NCBI RefSeq assembly: GCF_963921235.1
Contig: NC_086106.1
Span: forward strand, 23,064,001-23,128,000
Direction: 5' to 3'
Source of the DNA: Mobula hypostoma
Taxonomy: Eukaryota
DNA length: 64,000 nt
Made by a program: the position numbers and the translations under genes. A model generated the notes under the pieces. That model searched no databases. It was not told the origin of the DNA and saw only the letters and a list, made by a program, of their open reading frames with translations. Below, piece by piece: positions 51,612 to 64,000 of this stretch. The first letter of the stretch is position 1, and the number at the start of each line of letters is the position of its first letter.

Positions 51612-54600
51612 TGTCATGGTTCCGTTTGGTTGTTCCCCTTCAACGCTCCTTTCTGCCTGATTATGCCCTAATTTCAGCCAATAGATTTCTAATTGCTACT
51701 AGTTTACTTAATTACGGTACACCTGGTTTGCATGAGAGACTGTGAAATTAGTACGAAGGAGTCACTACACAGGTCGTCAGTTTGATGGTCTATTCTTGTG
51801 TGATACTTCGTTCTTTCGTCCGCGAAGAACCGTTAGTTCTAAGTTTTGTTCCAAGTGCTGCTCTCGTTTCAAGATAGTCCCTGTAGATCCCGTCTCCTCT
51901 TCAAGACTCCTCTGGTTTGCTGTTCGACGTTCACGTCTACGCCAGCATCCCCAACTCAGTCGAGTTGTCGGTGTCCTGCACTTGGGTTCTCCTCAGTCGC
52001 CCCGTGCAACAGAACAAACTGGCCCACATGCACCCAGCGGACACGAATCCTCTGCAACAAGCTCTCGCCAGCCAAGGCTCCCTACTGGGCCTGCACGATC
52101 GGCTGCTCCAGGAAGCCATGGAAAACCACCACTCCCTGTCAGTAGACGTAAGAAAGGCCAGTAAACAGGTCGACCGAGTATTCACACATCTTACCCCGTC
52201 AACTCCTGGAACTCCGTCTGAGCAGCTCAGACAGCCTATGGAGGCGAGGCCTGAGGCGTCAACAACACGTCTGCTAAGAGAGCCGCACATCCCTGAACCT
52301 GAACCCTACGCCGGAGATTTGGGGAAGTGCTGGCTTTTTCTGCTGCAATGCTCCTTGATGTTCGAGCAGCAGCCATCCACGTACGCCACGGACAGATCTA
52401 AAATAACTTACGTTATGGGGTTGTTACGAGGTAACGCCTTAGCTTGGGCCACTGTTATTTGGGATAATCAGCCAGAGACCTGCTCTTCCTTCCCCACCTT
52501 CATTTCAGAAATAAGGAAGATATTTGACCATCCCGTCCGCGGTACAGATGCCGCTAAGCGTTTACTCACCCTCCATCAATACTCACGTAAAGTTGCAGAA
52601 TACTCCGTGAAGTTCCAGACACTAGCGGCCGACTCGTGCTGGAATGATGAGGCACTCCAGGAGGTATTCCGGCAAGGTCTCTGTGACAAGGTAAGGCCAA
52701 CTTGGCGGCTAGGGATGACACTAACAGCCTGGATTCACTGATCTTCCTCGCTACCAGGCTGGACAACCGACTCCGAGGACGTCAGAGGGAGAGAACCGGT
52801 CGTCCGACTCCTTTGGCCACCCCACGGCACACATTACCATCTACTCCGAGACCTAACCTCTGTCCTCCTCCCACTCCTAGAATAGCATCCAGCCAAGCCG
52901 TTTCCACCACCCTGGGGGAGGAACAAATGCAGCTGGGACGAAGCCATCTTTCTACCTCAGAGCGACTCCGGAGATTAAGAGCACGGGATTGTTTCTATTA
53001 CGGTCAGTCTGGCCATTTTCTTGCTACCTGTTCCCTTCGGCCAAAAGGGAGGGCTCACCAGTAGAAATGGGGTCCCTGGTGAGTTAGACCACATTCCCTC
53101 TATCCTCCAATCCCGGATGCAAATCCGAGCCACTCTAAGTTACAAACAACAGTCCCTGTCCTTGTCTGCCTTGATAGACTCCGGTGCTGAGGGGAATCAG
53201 TTGGATGAAGATATAGTTTCCCATGCCGGAATTCCTTGGAGTCGTTGAGTACCCCTCTGGAAACCCGGGCACTGGACGGAAAACTTCTGGCCCGTGTCAC
53301 TTACTGTACCCCACCACTGTCTTTAATTCTGACTGGGAACCATCGGGAACAGGTACAATTTAAGTTAATCTCCTCTTTCAAGCTCCAATAGTTCGTGGGT
53401 ACCCGTGGTAAAGCCGCTATAACCCTTACATTCATTGGTCCACCGGGAAGATAGCCAGCTCGAGTCCGTATTGTTACGCCACTTGTCTGCAGTCGGCCTT
53501 TTCCCCTTAAAAAAAAACACCTCGACCTTACCTACCGTTGAACCCCCATGACTTATCCAGGGTTCCAGCGATGTATTCCGACCTGGGACAACTGTTCAGT
53601 AAACAACCGCCCTTTCCCTGCCACCACACCGACCATACGATTGTGTTATCAACCTTCGCCCCGGAGCTTCTCCACCCACCAGTCGGCTGTATAAATTGTC
53701 CCGGTCAGAGAGGGAAGCAATGGAGGGTTACATCAGTGAATCTCTCGCGGCGGGCATCATCCGACCCTCATCCTCCCCGGTGGGCGCAGGGTTCTTCTTT
53801 GTGTGGAAGAAGGATGGTTGTCTCCGCTCCTGCATCGACTACCAAGGCCTGAATCATATAACCATAAAGAAAAAGTACACGCTGACCTCTGGTAAGTTCT
53901 GCGTTTGAACCACTTCACGGAACCACCATCTTCTCGAAGTTGGATCTACGAAGCGCCTACCATCTGGTCCGAATAAGGGAGAGGAAAGAGTGGAAGATGG
54001 CATTCAATACCACTTTAGGCCACTTCGAGTACTTGGTCATGTCTTTTGGTCACCAATGCCCCCGCATTTTTTTCAAACCTTGATTAACGATGTACTAAGA
54101 GACTTTATTAACCGATTGGTATTTGTCTATCTGGATGACATCCTAATCTTTTCCAGCAATCCCAGCAACATGTTCATCATGTCCGCCAAGTCCTGCAGAG
54201 GCTGCGGGAGAATAAATTATTCGTAAAGGCAGAGAAATGCGAATTCCACGTCCCCTTGCTCAGCTTCCTAGGTTATAGCATCGAGGGCGGACACGTGAGA
54301 GCTGATCCCGAGAAGATCCGGGCTGTGGCGGAGTGGCACAAACCCACGGACCGCAAGTAACCCCAACGGTTCCTGTGGTTTGCGAACTTCTATCTCCGGT
54401 TCATCAGATACTACAGTCAGGTGGCGGTTCTCCTTACCCTACGTACCTCACGTGCCACATCTTTCCTTTGGAACTCCAAGGCGGTCTCAGCACTCGCGGA
54501 ACTAAAGAGGCGTTTCACGTCTGCTCGGGTTCTGATTCAACCGGACCCATCTTGTCAATTCATTGTGGAGGTTGACGCCTCCGAATCGTAGGAGCGGTAC

Positions 54601-56748
54601 TCTCCCAACGTTCGGGCCCGCAACAGAAACTACATCCCTGTGCCTTCTTCTCTCGCCGACTGTCTCCCGCTGACCGAAATCAGGACGTAGGGAACAGGGA
54701 ACCACGGGCGGTCAAACTGGCGTTGGAAAAATGAGATATCTGGTTGGAGAGGGCGGAACAACCGTTCATCGTCTGGACAGCCCATAAGAACCTTGAATAT
54801 ATCCAGACCGCCAAACGCCTGAATTCTCGCCAGGCCCGTTGGGCATTATTTCTTGGCCAGTTCAACTTTATCCGCAACTATCGTCCGGGGTCCAAGGAGG
54901 GGAATCCGATTCTCTCTTTCGTCAATACGTTTCCGAGGAGGACCTTCCCAACCCCGAGATCATCCTTCCATCAGCCTGTGTATTGGCTTCCTCACCTGGG
55001 ACATTGAGTCCGGAGTAAAACAGGCCCAACCGATTCAACCTGACCCAGGCTTCGGAACTTCCAATCGCCTCTTGGCACCTGATTCTGTCCGATCGCAGGC
55101 TCTCCAGTGGGGTCACAGCTCTCGTTTCGCCTGCCACCACAGAATCCATGGACGCCGACACCCGTTCTTATGTCTCTGCATGTCCCGGCTGTGCCCGTGG
55201 AAAGGCTTACCATCGACCACCTGCGGGATTGCTTCGTCCCCTGCCTGTCACTGGTCGTCCCTGGTCACACATCGTTCTGGATTTCGTCACCGGGCTACCC
55301 GCTTCAACAGGAAACACTGCCTTATTAACTATGGTGGACCGTTTCTCCAAGTCGGTGCATTTTGTAGCCCTCCATCAACACCCTTCCGCGCAGGAGACCG
55401 CAGACTTTCTCGTCACCCACGTTTTCCGACTTCATGGAATCCCTTCGGATATTGTCTCCCACTGGGACCTCAAATCATTTCGCAATTTTACAGATCCTTT
55501 TGTCGAGCCGTTGGTGCCTCAGTTAGCCTATCGTCCGGTTTTCACCCACAGACCAACGGGCAAACGGAGCAGGTCAACCGGGAGTTGGAGGCGACGTTAC
55601 GTTGTATAACAGCCAACAACCCGTCTACCTGGAGCAACCATCTCGCATGGGTAGAATGCGCCCACAACTCTCTGGTCAGCACCGCGACCGGAAAATCTCC
55701 TTTTGAATACTCTCTCGGTTATCAACCCCCGCTGTTTCCCGCCCAGGAAGAAGAGATTGCGTTGCCGTCAGTCCAGGCCCATATACAGCGGTGCCAAAAA
55801 ATCTGTGAGGACACACGCACGGCCCTGCTTCTCTCACCGAACCGTAACCGGAAAATTGCCGGCCGGCATCTTACCCCTGCTCCTGAGTATCGACCTGGGC
55901 AGGTGGAGTGGCTCTAGTCTAGAGACATTCCTCTGAAGAACCAGCCCGTGAAGTTCGCCCATCTCTTCCTGGGACCTTTCGAGGTTGAGAGCATTATCAA
56001 CCCCACGGCAGTCCGACTCAAACTACCTACGTTTATGCGGATCCATCCTACATTTCACGTCTCTCAGTTAAAACCAGATTCTGTCAGTCCGTTGTGCCCT
56101 CCGACCTAAACGCCTCCACCACCCTGTATCATCGACGACCAGCCGGCGTACACCTTCCGGCGATTATTGGATGCCCGCCGTCGCGAAAGGGGTCTCCAGT
56201 ACCTGGTTAATTGGGAAGGGTACGGCCCGGAAGAACGTTCCTGGATTCCCTGTTCCTAAATTCTGGACCTTTCCCTCATCCGGGATTTCCATCGGGACAA
56301 TCCACACAAGACTGGGGTATCGCCAGGAGGTTCGCGTTGAGGGAGGGCTATTGTCATGGTTCCGTTTGGTTGTTCCCTTTGACGGTCCTTCTGCATGATT
56401 ATGACCTAGTTACAGCAATTAGATTTCCAATTGCTGCTGGTTTTCTTAATTACGGTACACCTGGTTTGCATCACAGACTGTGAAATAAGTACGACGGCGT
56501 CACTGAACAGGTCGCCAGTTTGTTGATCTAGTCTTCTGTGATACTGAGTTCTCTCGTCCGCTTAGATCCGTTACTTCTATTTTAGCTCCAAGTTCTGCTC
56601 TAGTTTCAAGAGAGACCCCGCACATCCCCTCTCCTTGTCAAGATTCCTCTGGCTTGCTGTTCTACTTTCACTTCTACGCCAGCATCCCCAACCTAGTCGA
56701 CGTGCCGGTGCCCTGGACTTGGGTTCTCCTCGGTCGCACCGTGCAACA
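51612..56748 (+). mobile_element. Full-length degenerate chromovirus-type Gypsy LTR retrotransposon (5' LTR 51612-52011, 3' LTR 56352-56748)
   Basis: Both LTRs run TGTCATGGTTCCG...GTGCAACA. Domains: gag (EPEPYAGDLGKC, GNALAWA, CFYYGQSGHFLATC), protease LIDSGAEGN, RT ([22 protein letters not shown]), integrase ([21 protein letters not shown]) and a chromodomain ([17 protein letters not shown], ~56200). PPT gagggaggg precedes the 3' LTR. Confidence 0.95.
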
Positions 56749-56959
56749 TGGATTGATGAATTTCATAATTGATGTCGAAATATTGATCGAGAATGTAGAT
56801 CAAGTGTAGGCAGCACATTTAAGTGTCAACCATGCTTCTCACACAATCTATCTAACTAATATTTGCATACATTGCACGAAAAATTGATTGTTTTATGTTC
56901 TAGTCAACAATCCAGATCCCCCCTTCAGGATAATTTAATTCTACTGTTTGTGTGACCAG

Positions 56960-57400
56960 TGACAATATTCCCACGGTGTTAAAATCTCCCGCCACCAAAT
57001 TTAGTCAAGTCCTCATGACGTTGTGATAATTGTCCAACCGTACATGCAAAGTACAAAGTCCAACACAGCTGTGAAAGGCCGAGGCATAGCTACTAAATGC
57101 GGAGATGACAAACTCCGTTCCACCGGTGCTATATGGGCCAGCCTATCCGGTGGTCTCATTCTTTGAGAACCCCGTATCCCCTCCTCTACTCCTTTATGTT
57201 CTGAAACTACTTTGGATAATTCTGGTCTACCTGCCGAGGCCCTCCCGGGTTTATGACTTGTGCCCTCCTGAAACTCCGAACCATTAGCTAAGCTCCGCTT
57301 CATCCCGTGCAGCTTCCCGCTGAAGCCGGCTGTCCAGAGACAGCACCCCCCGCCCCTCCCGCCCCCACACTCCGAACTCACATCACACCGTGAGACCTAT
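56960..57400 (-). mobile_element. LINE endonuclease-region fragment
   Basis: The - strand reads LVAGDFN (~56980-57000) and AMPRPFTAV. Boundaries and clade are uncertain. Confidence 0.45.
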
Positions 57401-58569
57401 TGGGAATCTCTTCCTCAATCAGCGCGGAGTTAGCAGAAGAAAGCATATTACAGCCCCACCCCGACACACTTACTCATCCTCCCAATCAGTATGCCATTCA
57501 GGGGCGGAGGCCAACCTATTCTCTCATGCTGTTGATCATCCAGTTCATGAATGACAGATATGTTGAAGTTGAGCTTCAATATCAGTGCAACATAGGATTT
57601 TATATTCTTTCTTTCTTGTTTTCTTTAATAAAGGTTTACTTCACTTAACATTCATAACTTACTTCTTTATAACTGTATTTCTTACCAACGAGCGATTGCC
57701 GTTGGCAGTATATCACACAATATGAACGAAAATCAGGGCTTAGTTGGTCAGGAATCTGAACTTCATGGATTTGGTGTGACCAGAGTCGTATACACCATAG
57801 AAGTGCGAAGAATTCCATCTGTGTCTTTCTCCTGTCGCAGTCCAGCGTCTGTCAACAGAGGCCAGCTAGCTACATGTTCAAATACGTCAAATAGAAATGA
57901 GTTTAATTATCCATCAATGACTGTTTTGCATTTGCCTGGTTTCATGTTCTTACTCAGCGTTATGACTTTTCTCTAATAAAAGTCAGAAAAAAGATAAATA
58001 CAAAAACAAACAATAAAAAAGTTCGGAGCAGATGAACTCACAGGCAGGTGTTCAGCAGCTGCACAGACGAACATGTGAGGGAGCTATGTGTGCCTAGTCG
58101 TAAATTATTTCGGACTGCAATTTCAAATTTTCTCCTACGTTAGGAAGACCAGTAGCATCAAGGATAAAGACGTATAGTTCGTCTGATGTGAAGCCTGGTG
58201 AAGTGATTCGTGAACGGGATGGTTTAGATAAATATCAACAGCAGTCCGCCAGACAGCCATCAGATTTATCAACGCTGAAACTGAACTATGGCAGATGGTC
58301 TCTCGCTTGCCGTACTCTCATCTCCAAACAGTACACATAGCAAAGCCTCGGAAGTTAGATTGTTGATTATAGTTTATACTTCAAAGTCGTAATCTGAACA
58401 CTGCCGTCTGTTAGTTCCCAGAATTAAACTTCAAAGACCCGTAGCTTTCCTCCCAGCAACTGAACTGAAAAGAACAATCATTGAAGAATAGTCCAGAATA
58501 CCTGAGACTGATCTTCACCACCGACGGTACGTAATCGAAAATATGACATCGACCATAGAAATTGACACA

Positions 58570-58945
58570 CATTACAGGTCCTTCGGCCCACAATGTTGTG
58601 CCGAAGTGAAATCTACTCTACCACTGTAGCTGAAGTGCATTCCAGAACCCATCACTTTCTGTGGAAAAAAAAACTTATCTCTGACCTTCCATATTATACC
58701 TACTCTGAAGCTTCTTAAAACTATCACCCTTGTGTTTGCAATTTCAGCTCTGAAAAAAATAAAACTATTGTTCACACAATCAATACCTTTCATCATGTTA
58801 TAACCCTCTATCTGGTCACCTCTTGCACGTCCTCGCCCCAAGGACAAAAATCCACGTTCACTCAACCTATTGTCATCTGATATGTTCTCAAATCCAGAAA
58901 CAATCCTTGTAAATCTCCACTGAACTATATCTAAACTATCCACAT
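58570..58945 (-). mobile_element. CR1 LINE 3' fragment
   Basis: ORF 58572-58943 reads VQWRFTRIVSGFENISDDNRL...RGDQIEGYNMMKGID. Confidence 0.8.
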
Positions 58946-61900
58946 CCTTCTATTAGTGATGTGCCTAGAACTGAACACATCGAGTACACTAAATCTATTA
59001 TTACGTCTGACTTCACCCTTCCCTTCCGAGGCTCGGATCTGACCAGAAGGTTATGGACTGGCCGCTGGGTCAGCAATATCCAGAGGGAAAAACCGGCTGC
59101 TGAGGGGAATACCGACTGCGCGACCCTGCAATGCTTTTCTCTGTTTATCTCTCTCTGTGTTGAGCCCTCTGTTCTCGGGATTCTGCAGTATGGCTGTAAC
59201 CCCACACTCATAATAGTTATACATAAAATGCGCTACCTCCCGGATGATCCTTAGTTAATCTTAATCACGCAGCAGCTCCCAAATGCCAGCTTTCATGAGT
59301 TGGCTGGAATACCCGCAGGTGTAGTAACCAGGGGGACTCTCAGATTTCGTGAATTCCCACATCCTACCGGGAAGCATTCTACTGGTATGGAGAGAGAGAG
59401 AAGAGAGAGAGAGGGAAATTTCGAACAATAAATAGATGCAAACAGAAACACGAGTATATCAGGAGTTTGAGGAGATGCGGCCTGACATCTGAAACTTTGA
59501 CAAACATCTATAGATATTCAGTGAGGAGTACATTGATTAGCCGCAATACAGCCTGGAATCGATACACCAATATCCTTGAAGGAGAACTGTAATAAATGCA
59601 GGTACGACCCAGTAAATTATGAGCGAAGTCCTCAGAACAATTGACTACTTCTACATGAAACGCTGTCGCAGGAAACAGAATTTATCATCAAGGAAATCCA
59701 GCACCTGGAACATGCTGTCTTATCTCTGATGCCACAGGGCTCGTCAGACCAGACTGACGAATCTACTACCTAAAAGACAGCAGCTCCCGAAAAAAAAATA
59801 AGTTCACGTATCTCACTTCCTTCATCATTGAATTATTAACACAACAAATTGACTCACTTTCAAAAATTAACACTTTCAAGTTCACGATGTGCATTGCTTA
59901 TTTATAATTACTTCCCCCCCCCCATTTTATATCTGCCGTTTTTGTCTTCTGCCTCTGCCTGAATTTTATTCAGATCATTGCAGTTTAACGCATTGATTCA
60001 GCGGTCCGATGGTAAATGATAATGATGATTGAAGGTCAAGACATTAATACCTAAAATATATTAGATGAATGCCACATTTTTCGGATAATCTGTGCTCTTT
60101 GAAGAACTGACCCTGCAGCTCTCATTCAGGGCTTTTCTTCCCTGAAGCTGCGTGGGATCGAAACTCGTAGGGATAGTAAGGATAGGCAGGAAAATGTGAT
60201 TGGCGAGGCAAGAGTCTAAACAGGTATGAGGCAGTTGAACGAATTCAAAAGATTTGACGTCTCACAGGTTGCTGTCGTTTTTTATTTTTCTCGGAGCATC
60301 TTCATTCGCCCCAATATTACCTCTTTGTACTTCAGCATTTCTATTTCATGTTGTGTGTTTATCAATTCTCGGCGAACGTCACAGTGTGTCTGATAGAACA
60401 CATAAATGCTTCGGTTCCTTAATGCACTCAGAAAATTGTAAAGAAAGAAAGAAAAAATCGAATATCTGTATTAAACTTGAAAGGAAGAGACTCGCTCAGT
60501 AGGTAGAAACGCAATTGTTATCTGTGCAGTGGACAGAAGAACTTCATGCCGGGAAGCAGTTAGATGGATGCAGAATAACGTGAAGACAGTCAACTGAATC
60601 CAATTGAAAGAAAATTAAACCACCCATATTGGACAAATATTAAATTAATTACAACAGCTCAAATGCACCATAAGCGTTGCATTTTCATTCTCTAGACATG
60701 CACAGTATTTGCCAATTGATCTGCTGATGTGACATCTGTTCTTTTGCCGTGAATCGATTTTGTTTCCATATCATCCAGGCAATCAGTTCAATCATGAATC
60801 CATCGCAATAAAAAAAGGAAAACAAACTCTAAAATTCGACTGCTGCATCTGAGAAATTCCAGGACAGGTAGTTTAAAATATTCTGAGCGACAGCGAATAA
60901 AGCTTGATTTTAAGATTACATCATTGACCATATTGAAGAATCTTTCAAGATTATAATACGAGCAGAATATAAACGGCTTTTAAAGCTAGCTGTTTATGTT
61001 GTCACATTTTTTGTGCCAGCTCCATCATACGTTTTTGGTGCGTGAAAAGAGAGGATGTCCAGCACTGCTGTAGTTCTCGATTTTTTTGAGTGCTTCCTCA
61101 GGCACCAGCACGGAGGCACGGAATTAATGCAAGTCATCGTGATTGAAGTAACATACTGGGAGACATTCACAACTCCATTTGGTTGCCTTTTCAAGCACCT
61201 GTGCACCATGAATGATCTTTTTCATTGTGTCTTTGCATAAAGAGTGTGATGAAGGTAATCCCTAAAATGCTATATTCACTTAAGCGTATGGGGAGTAGCG
61301 GTTCTTGCGTTAGAGTTATGCCTAACAGTCTAAGTCACGGAACGATGAAAACCGTGAACTATACTGAGTCCTCGAAATCCTATAGTCTCAAACATTACCA
61401 TATCAGCACCATTGAAACAAAATAAGTGATATCTTAAACCAACTTTCACCATCTGTAAGGGGTTCATACCACTAATCAAGCAGAAAAAAAATACTTCGCA
61501 CCTGTCATACTTGACATTTACTTCAAATATCACTCTCTTGCTGATTCCCTTGTCCATTCGTCTTTCCCCACTAATCCTCCTGCTGGCTCTTTTAGTTGCT
61601 AGCGGAAACAACGCTACACATGCCAATTTATTCCCACGTCAGCACCACACAGGACACAAACCAAAACGCCGTTCCAGATGAGATGGCATTGTACCAACAA
61701 ATATATCGGAGTAATTTCTTAAAAGAAATGCGTGTGAAGAGCGACTTTTGAATCAGCACGGCGATCGAGTTTGCTGAGGCGAGATTAGGTTTGGGTAAGG
61801 TAAATTGTCTTTTAAGGTACTCACTGACTGTAGTTTTTCAATCCACATCCACCAGTGTATGAAGGATTAGAGAGGATGGCTCCAGGTGCAGTGATCTCTA

Positions 61901-62049
61901 CGCTGTCTGGGATGTAGGGCGTCTGACAGCCGTCTATGCAACAGGTATGCACATCTGTACCACGTTCCGTGAATTGCAACTGTAGTAGAACGTATTAAGG
62001 AACTGGTGTTGTAGCTTGATCAGTCATATGGGGAAATGATAAGGTGATC

Positions 62050-63805
62050 GGCAGGAGGTACAGAGAGATAATAATACCTTGGCTCCAGGTGTCATGTTAA
62101 CTGGTAACTCTCAGAGGAAGGTGGGAAAATTCACAACCAGTCCCAAGTTCACACTCCATATGGCTGTTCCCCTCCATAATAACTTTCATGGCGAAAACGT
62201 ACTAGGGGACAGCCATTTTAATAGAACTCTGGCACTGATTCTGGTGCTTGGCTCAGAAGTGCAGCGAAATGAGGAGGACTGCATGGTTTCTACGAGACCG
62301 CTGATTGTGAGGAACAATGTGAGTGTGTGTGGACGCCATAGAAATTTTGGGACTATGTTATCTCCGTCGTGCCAGGGTCAGCAATGTCTCGTTTGGGGTC
62401 CTTAATTTGCTGAAGGGTAACGGGCTGGATACCTTGTTGCATATTTGCAACAATGAAATAGCTGGACAAGTTGAGCAGGTCCTGAAGAAAGAACTTCAGG
62501 GGCTCGGTATAATGCCGAGAAACAGGAAATCTATGGTATTAGTCTTTGGATTGTTGCCCGTACCATATGCCATTGCGGGCGAGAATCGAGTCATTTGACA
62601 GGTGAAAGCGTTGCACCGGAAATGGTGAATGGACAGTTGTTTAGATTTCTGTATGATTGGGATTCTTCTTTCAAATGTATGACCTATAGAAATGAGACGG
62701 GATGCAGCTGATTCGGAGGGGATCCAACCCCTTGGCAGCATGTTAGCTAGAGGTATGTTGATTCGTTAAACTAACTTAGCAGGGCGGTATGAACCTCAGT
62801 CATAGGGCTGGAAATGAGGTAATAAATTTGCAAACGAAGGCAATCTGTCTTCAGACCTCAAACACGTACAGGCCGAAGCTAGGAGCAAACGTACGGTCAA
62901 CAGGATATGACACAATGTATCAATGGGAAACATTTCAAAATGACTGAACATGCTGTGTTTGAATGCGCGCAGCAGACAAAATATGCAACTTGCAGCGCAG
63001 ATTGGTATGCACGATGTTGTAGGCTTAATTTCCAAGAATACATATTCATTCAAAAAGTCAGGCAGGAAGGAAAAGGGGTTGGCGTTGTTCCATGAGAGTA
63101 TGCCTGACCGTTAGAGTACATTGTTGTTGACCTCTTAGGGGAACATCCTTTATGAGTTCAATGTTTTGGTTCGATACGGAATTCATTAGATTGTATTCGG
63201 TGAAATAAACATTAGGGGCAAGTGATAGAGTTCACCTCGAATTTTGAGAAGAAGGAGCTAAAGACAGATGTATCATTATTTCAATGGAGCAAAGGGAATT
63301 GGAGAGGCATGAGAGAAGTGTGGGAGGAGTTGGACGGAATTGATTGGAAAATATCATTAGCAAAGATTAGAAAGGATAGAGGGAATGCCGCTCAGAAGGA
63401 AAAATTGCTGCAGAGAAATAATTGAGTACAGGGAAATGGCGGGTGTATGTGAAAAAAAAAATTGCATCAGCTTTCAATGGTCAAGACACTTGTAGTGTTG
63501 CGCAATTTCTGTTTTAGCGGGAATGAAGTGTATGAAGTTACAATTAATCTTAAGATTTTTTTTTGGAAAGTGGAAGTTCTGAAGGGAAATATATAACCTG
63601 GATCAAATGCTTTACGCACCAGACTTCAGAAATTGGTGGCTGAAGGGATTGCAGGGTGATTATTAATGATCTTTGAAGTATTACTACATTCTGCGTTGTT
63701 TCTGGAAGACAGCAACATTGAAGCTGCAATTCCGTTTTGAACAGCGGGAGAGGCAGATCAATGGGAATTGTACGCCTGTTAGTTTGATTTCAGTGTTTAG
63801 GAAGA
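62050..63805 (+). mobile_element. Highly degenerate CR1 LINE (ORF1 esterase and ORF2 remnants)
   Basis: VLGDSHFNRT and LHICNNEI resemble the CR1 SGNH-esterase ORF1. ORF2 pieces include EFTSNFEKKELKTDV...WSKGNWRGMR, PGPDQM-like ctggatcaaatg and WKTAT-like ctggaagacagcaac. Confidence 0.65.
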
Positions 63806-63808
63806 TCA

Positions 63809-64000
63809 TGTCATAAGGGGGCGGCTGGGTACAGATCCAAATGCAAGGTACAGACACTGACGTACAAGGAACAGGACTAGGTAGTCAAGAAAGCAAGGGA
63901 AGTTGGGAACAAAGGATGCAGGACATGACACAGGCCCTGGACGAGACAAGGATACAGGACCTAGGCTAGGACTTCACTAACATAGCGAAACCAGGACATG
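63809..64000 (-). mobile_element. 3' end of the recurrent LTR-like repeat, cut by the window edge
   Basis: The reverse complement ends ttgcatttggatc...ccttatgACA, matching the end at 46685. Confidence 0.65.

Noticed and set aside
60380-60408. CACAGTG followed 13 nt later by ACATAAATG
   Set aside because: Weak nonamer, off-length spacer and no V, D or J coding sequence adjacent; probably a chance cryptic RSS.
1-64000. D, J or constant-region segments, and NARTCR or IgH-like V genes
   Set aside because: No 12-RSS plus FGxG J motif, no paired-RSS D segment, no C1 exon and no convincing VH- or NAR-type V were found by eye.

Overview
Eukaryotic, repeat-rich window. The repeat families and V-gene sequences point to a cartilaginous fish, possibly a ray (inference). 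It lies in the variable-gene array of a T-cell receptor alpha/delta-type locus. There is one intact V gene on the + strand: leader 16935-16980, V exon 17463-17769, 23-bp RSS. Three pseudogenised V genes of a second family lie on the - strand at about 23.6, 34.9 and 43.1 kb, each with leader and 22/23-bp RSS. Two of these sit in a ~5.5-kb duplicated unit. Several more heavily decayed V-like relics are possible but low confidence. Much of the remainder is transposable elements: three degenerate Gypsy LTR elements (one Gmr1-like with PR-IN-RT order, one chromovirus), solo LTRs, CR1 LINEs, two L1-clade LINEs with clear target-site duplications, a Tc1 remnant and an RTE-like derivative. No D, J or C segments, RNA genes or CRISPR arrays were found. 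All alignments were done by eye.
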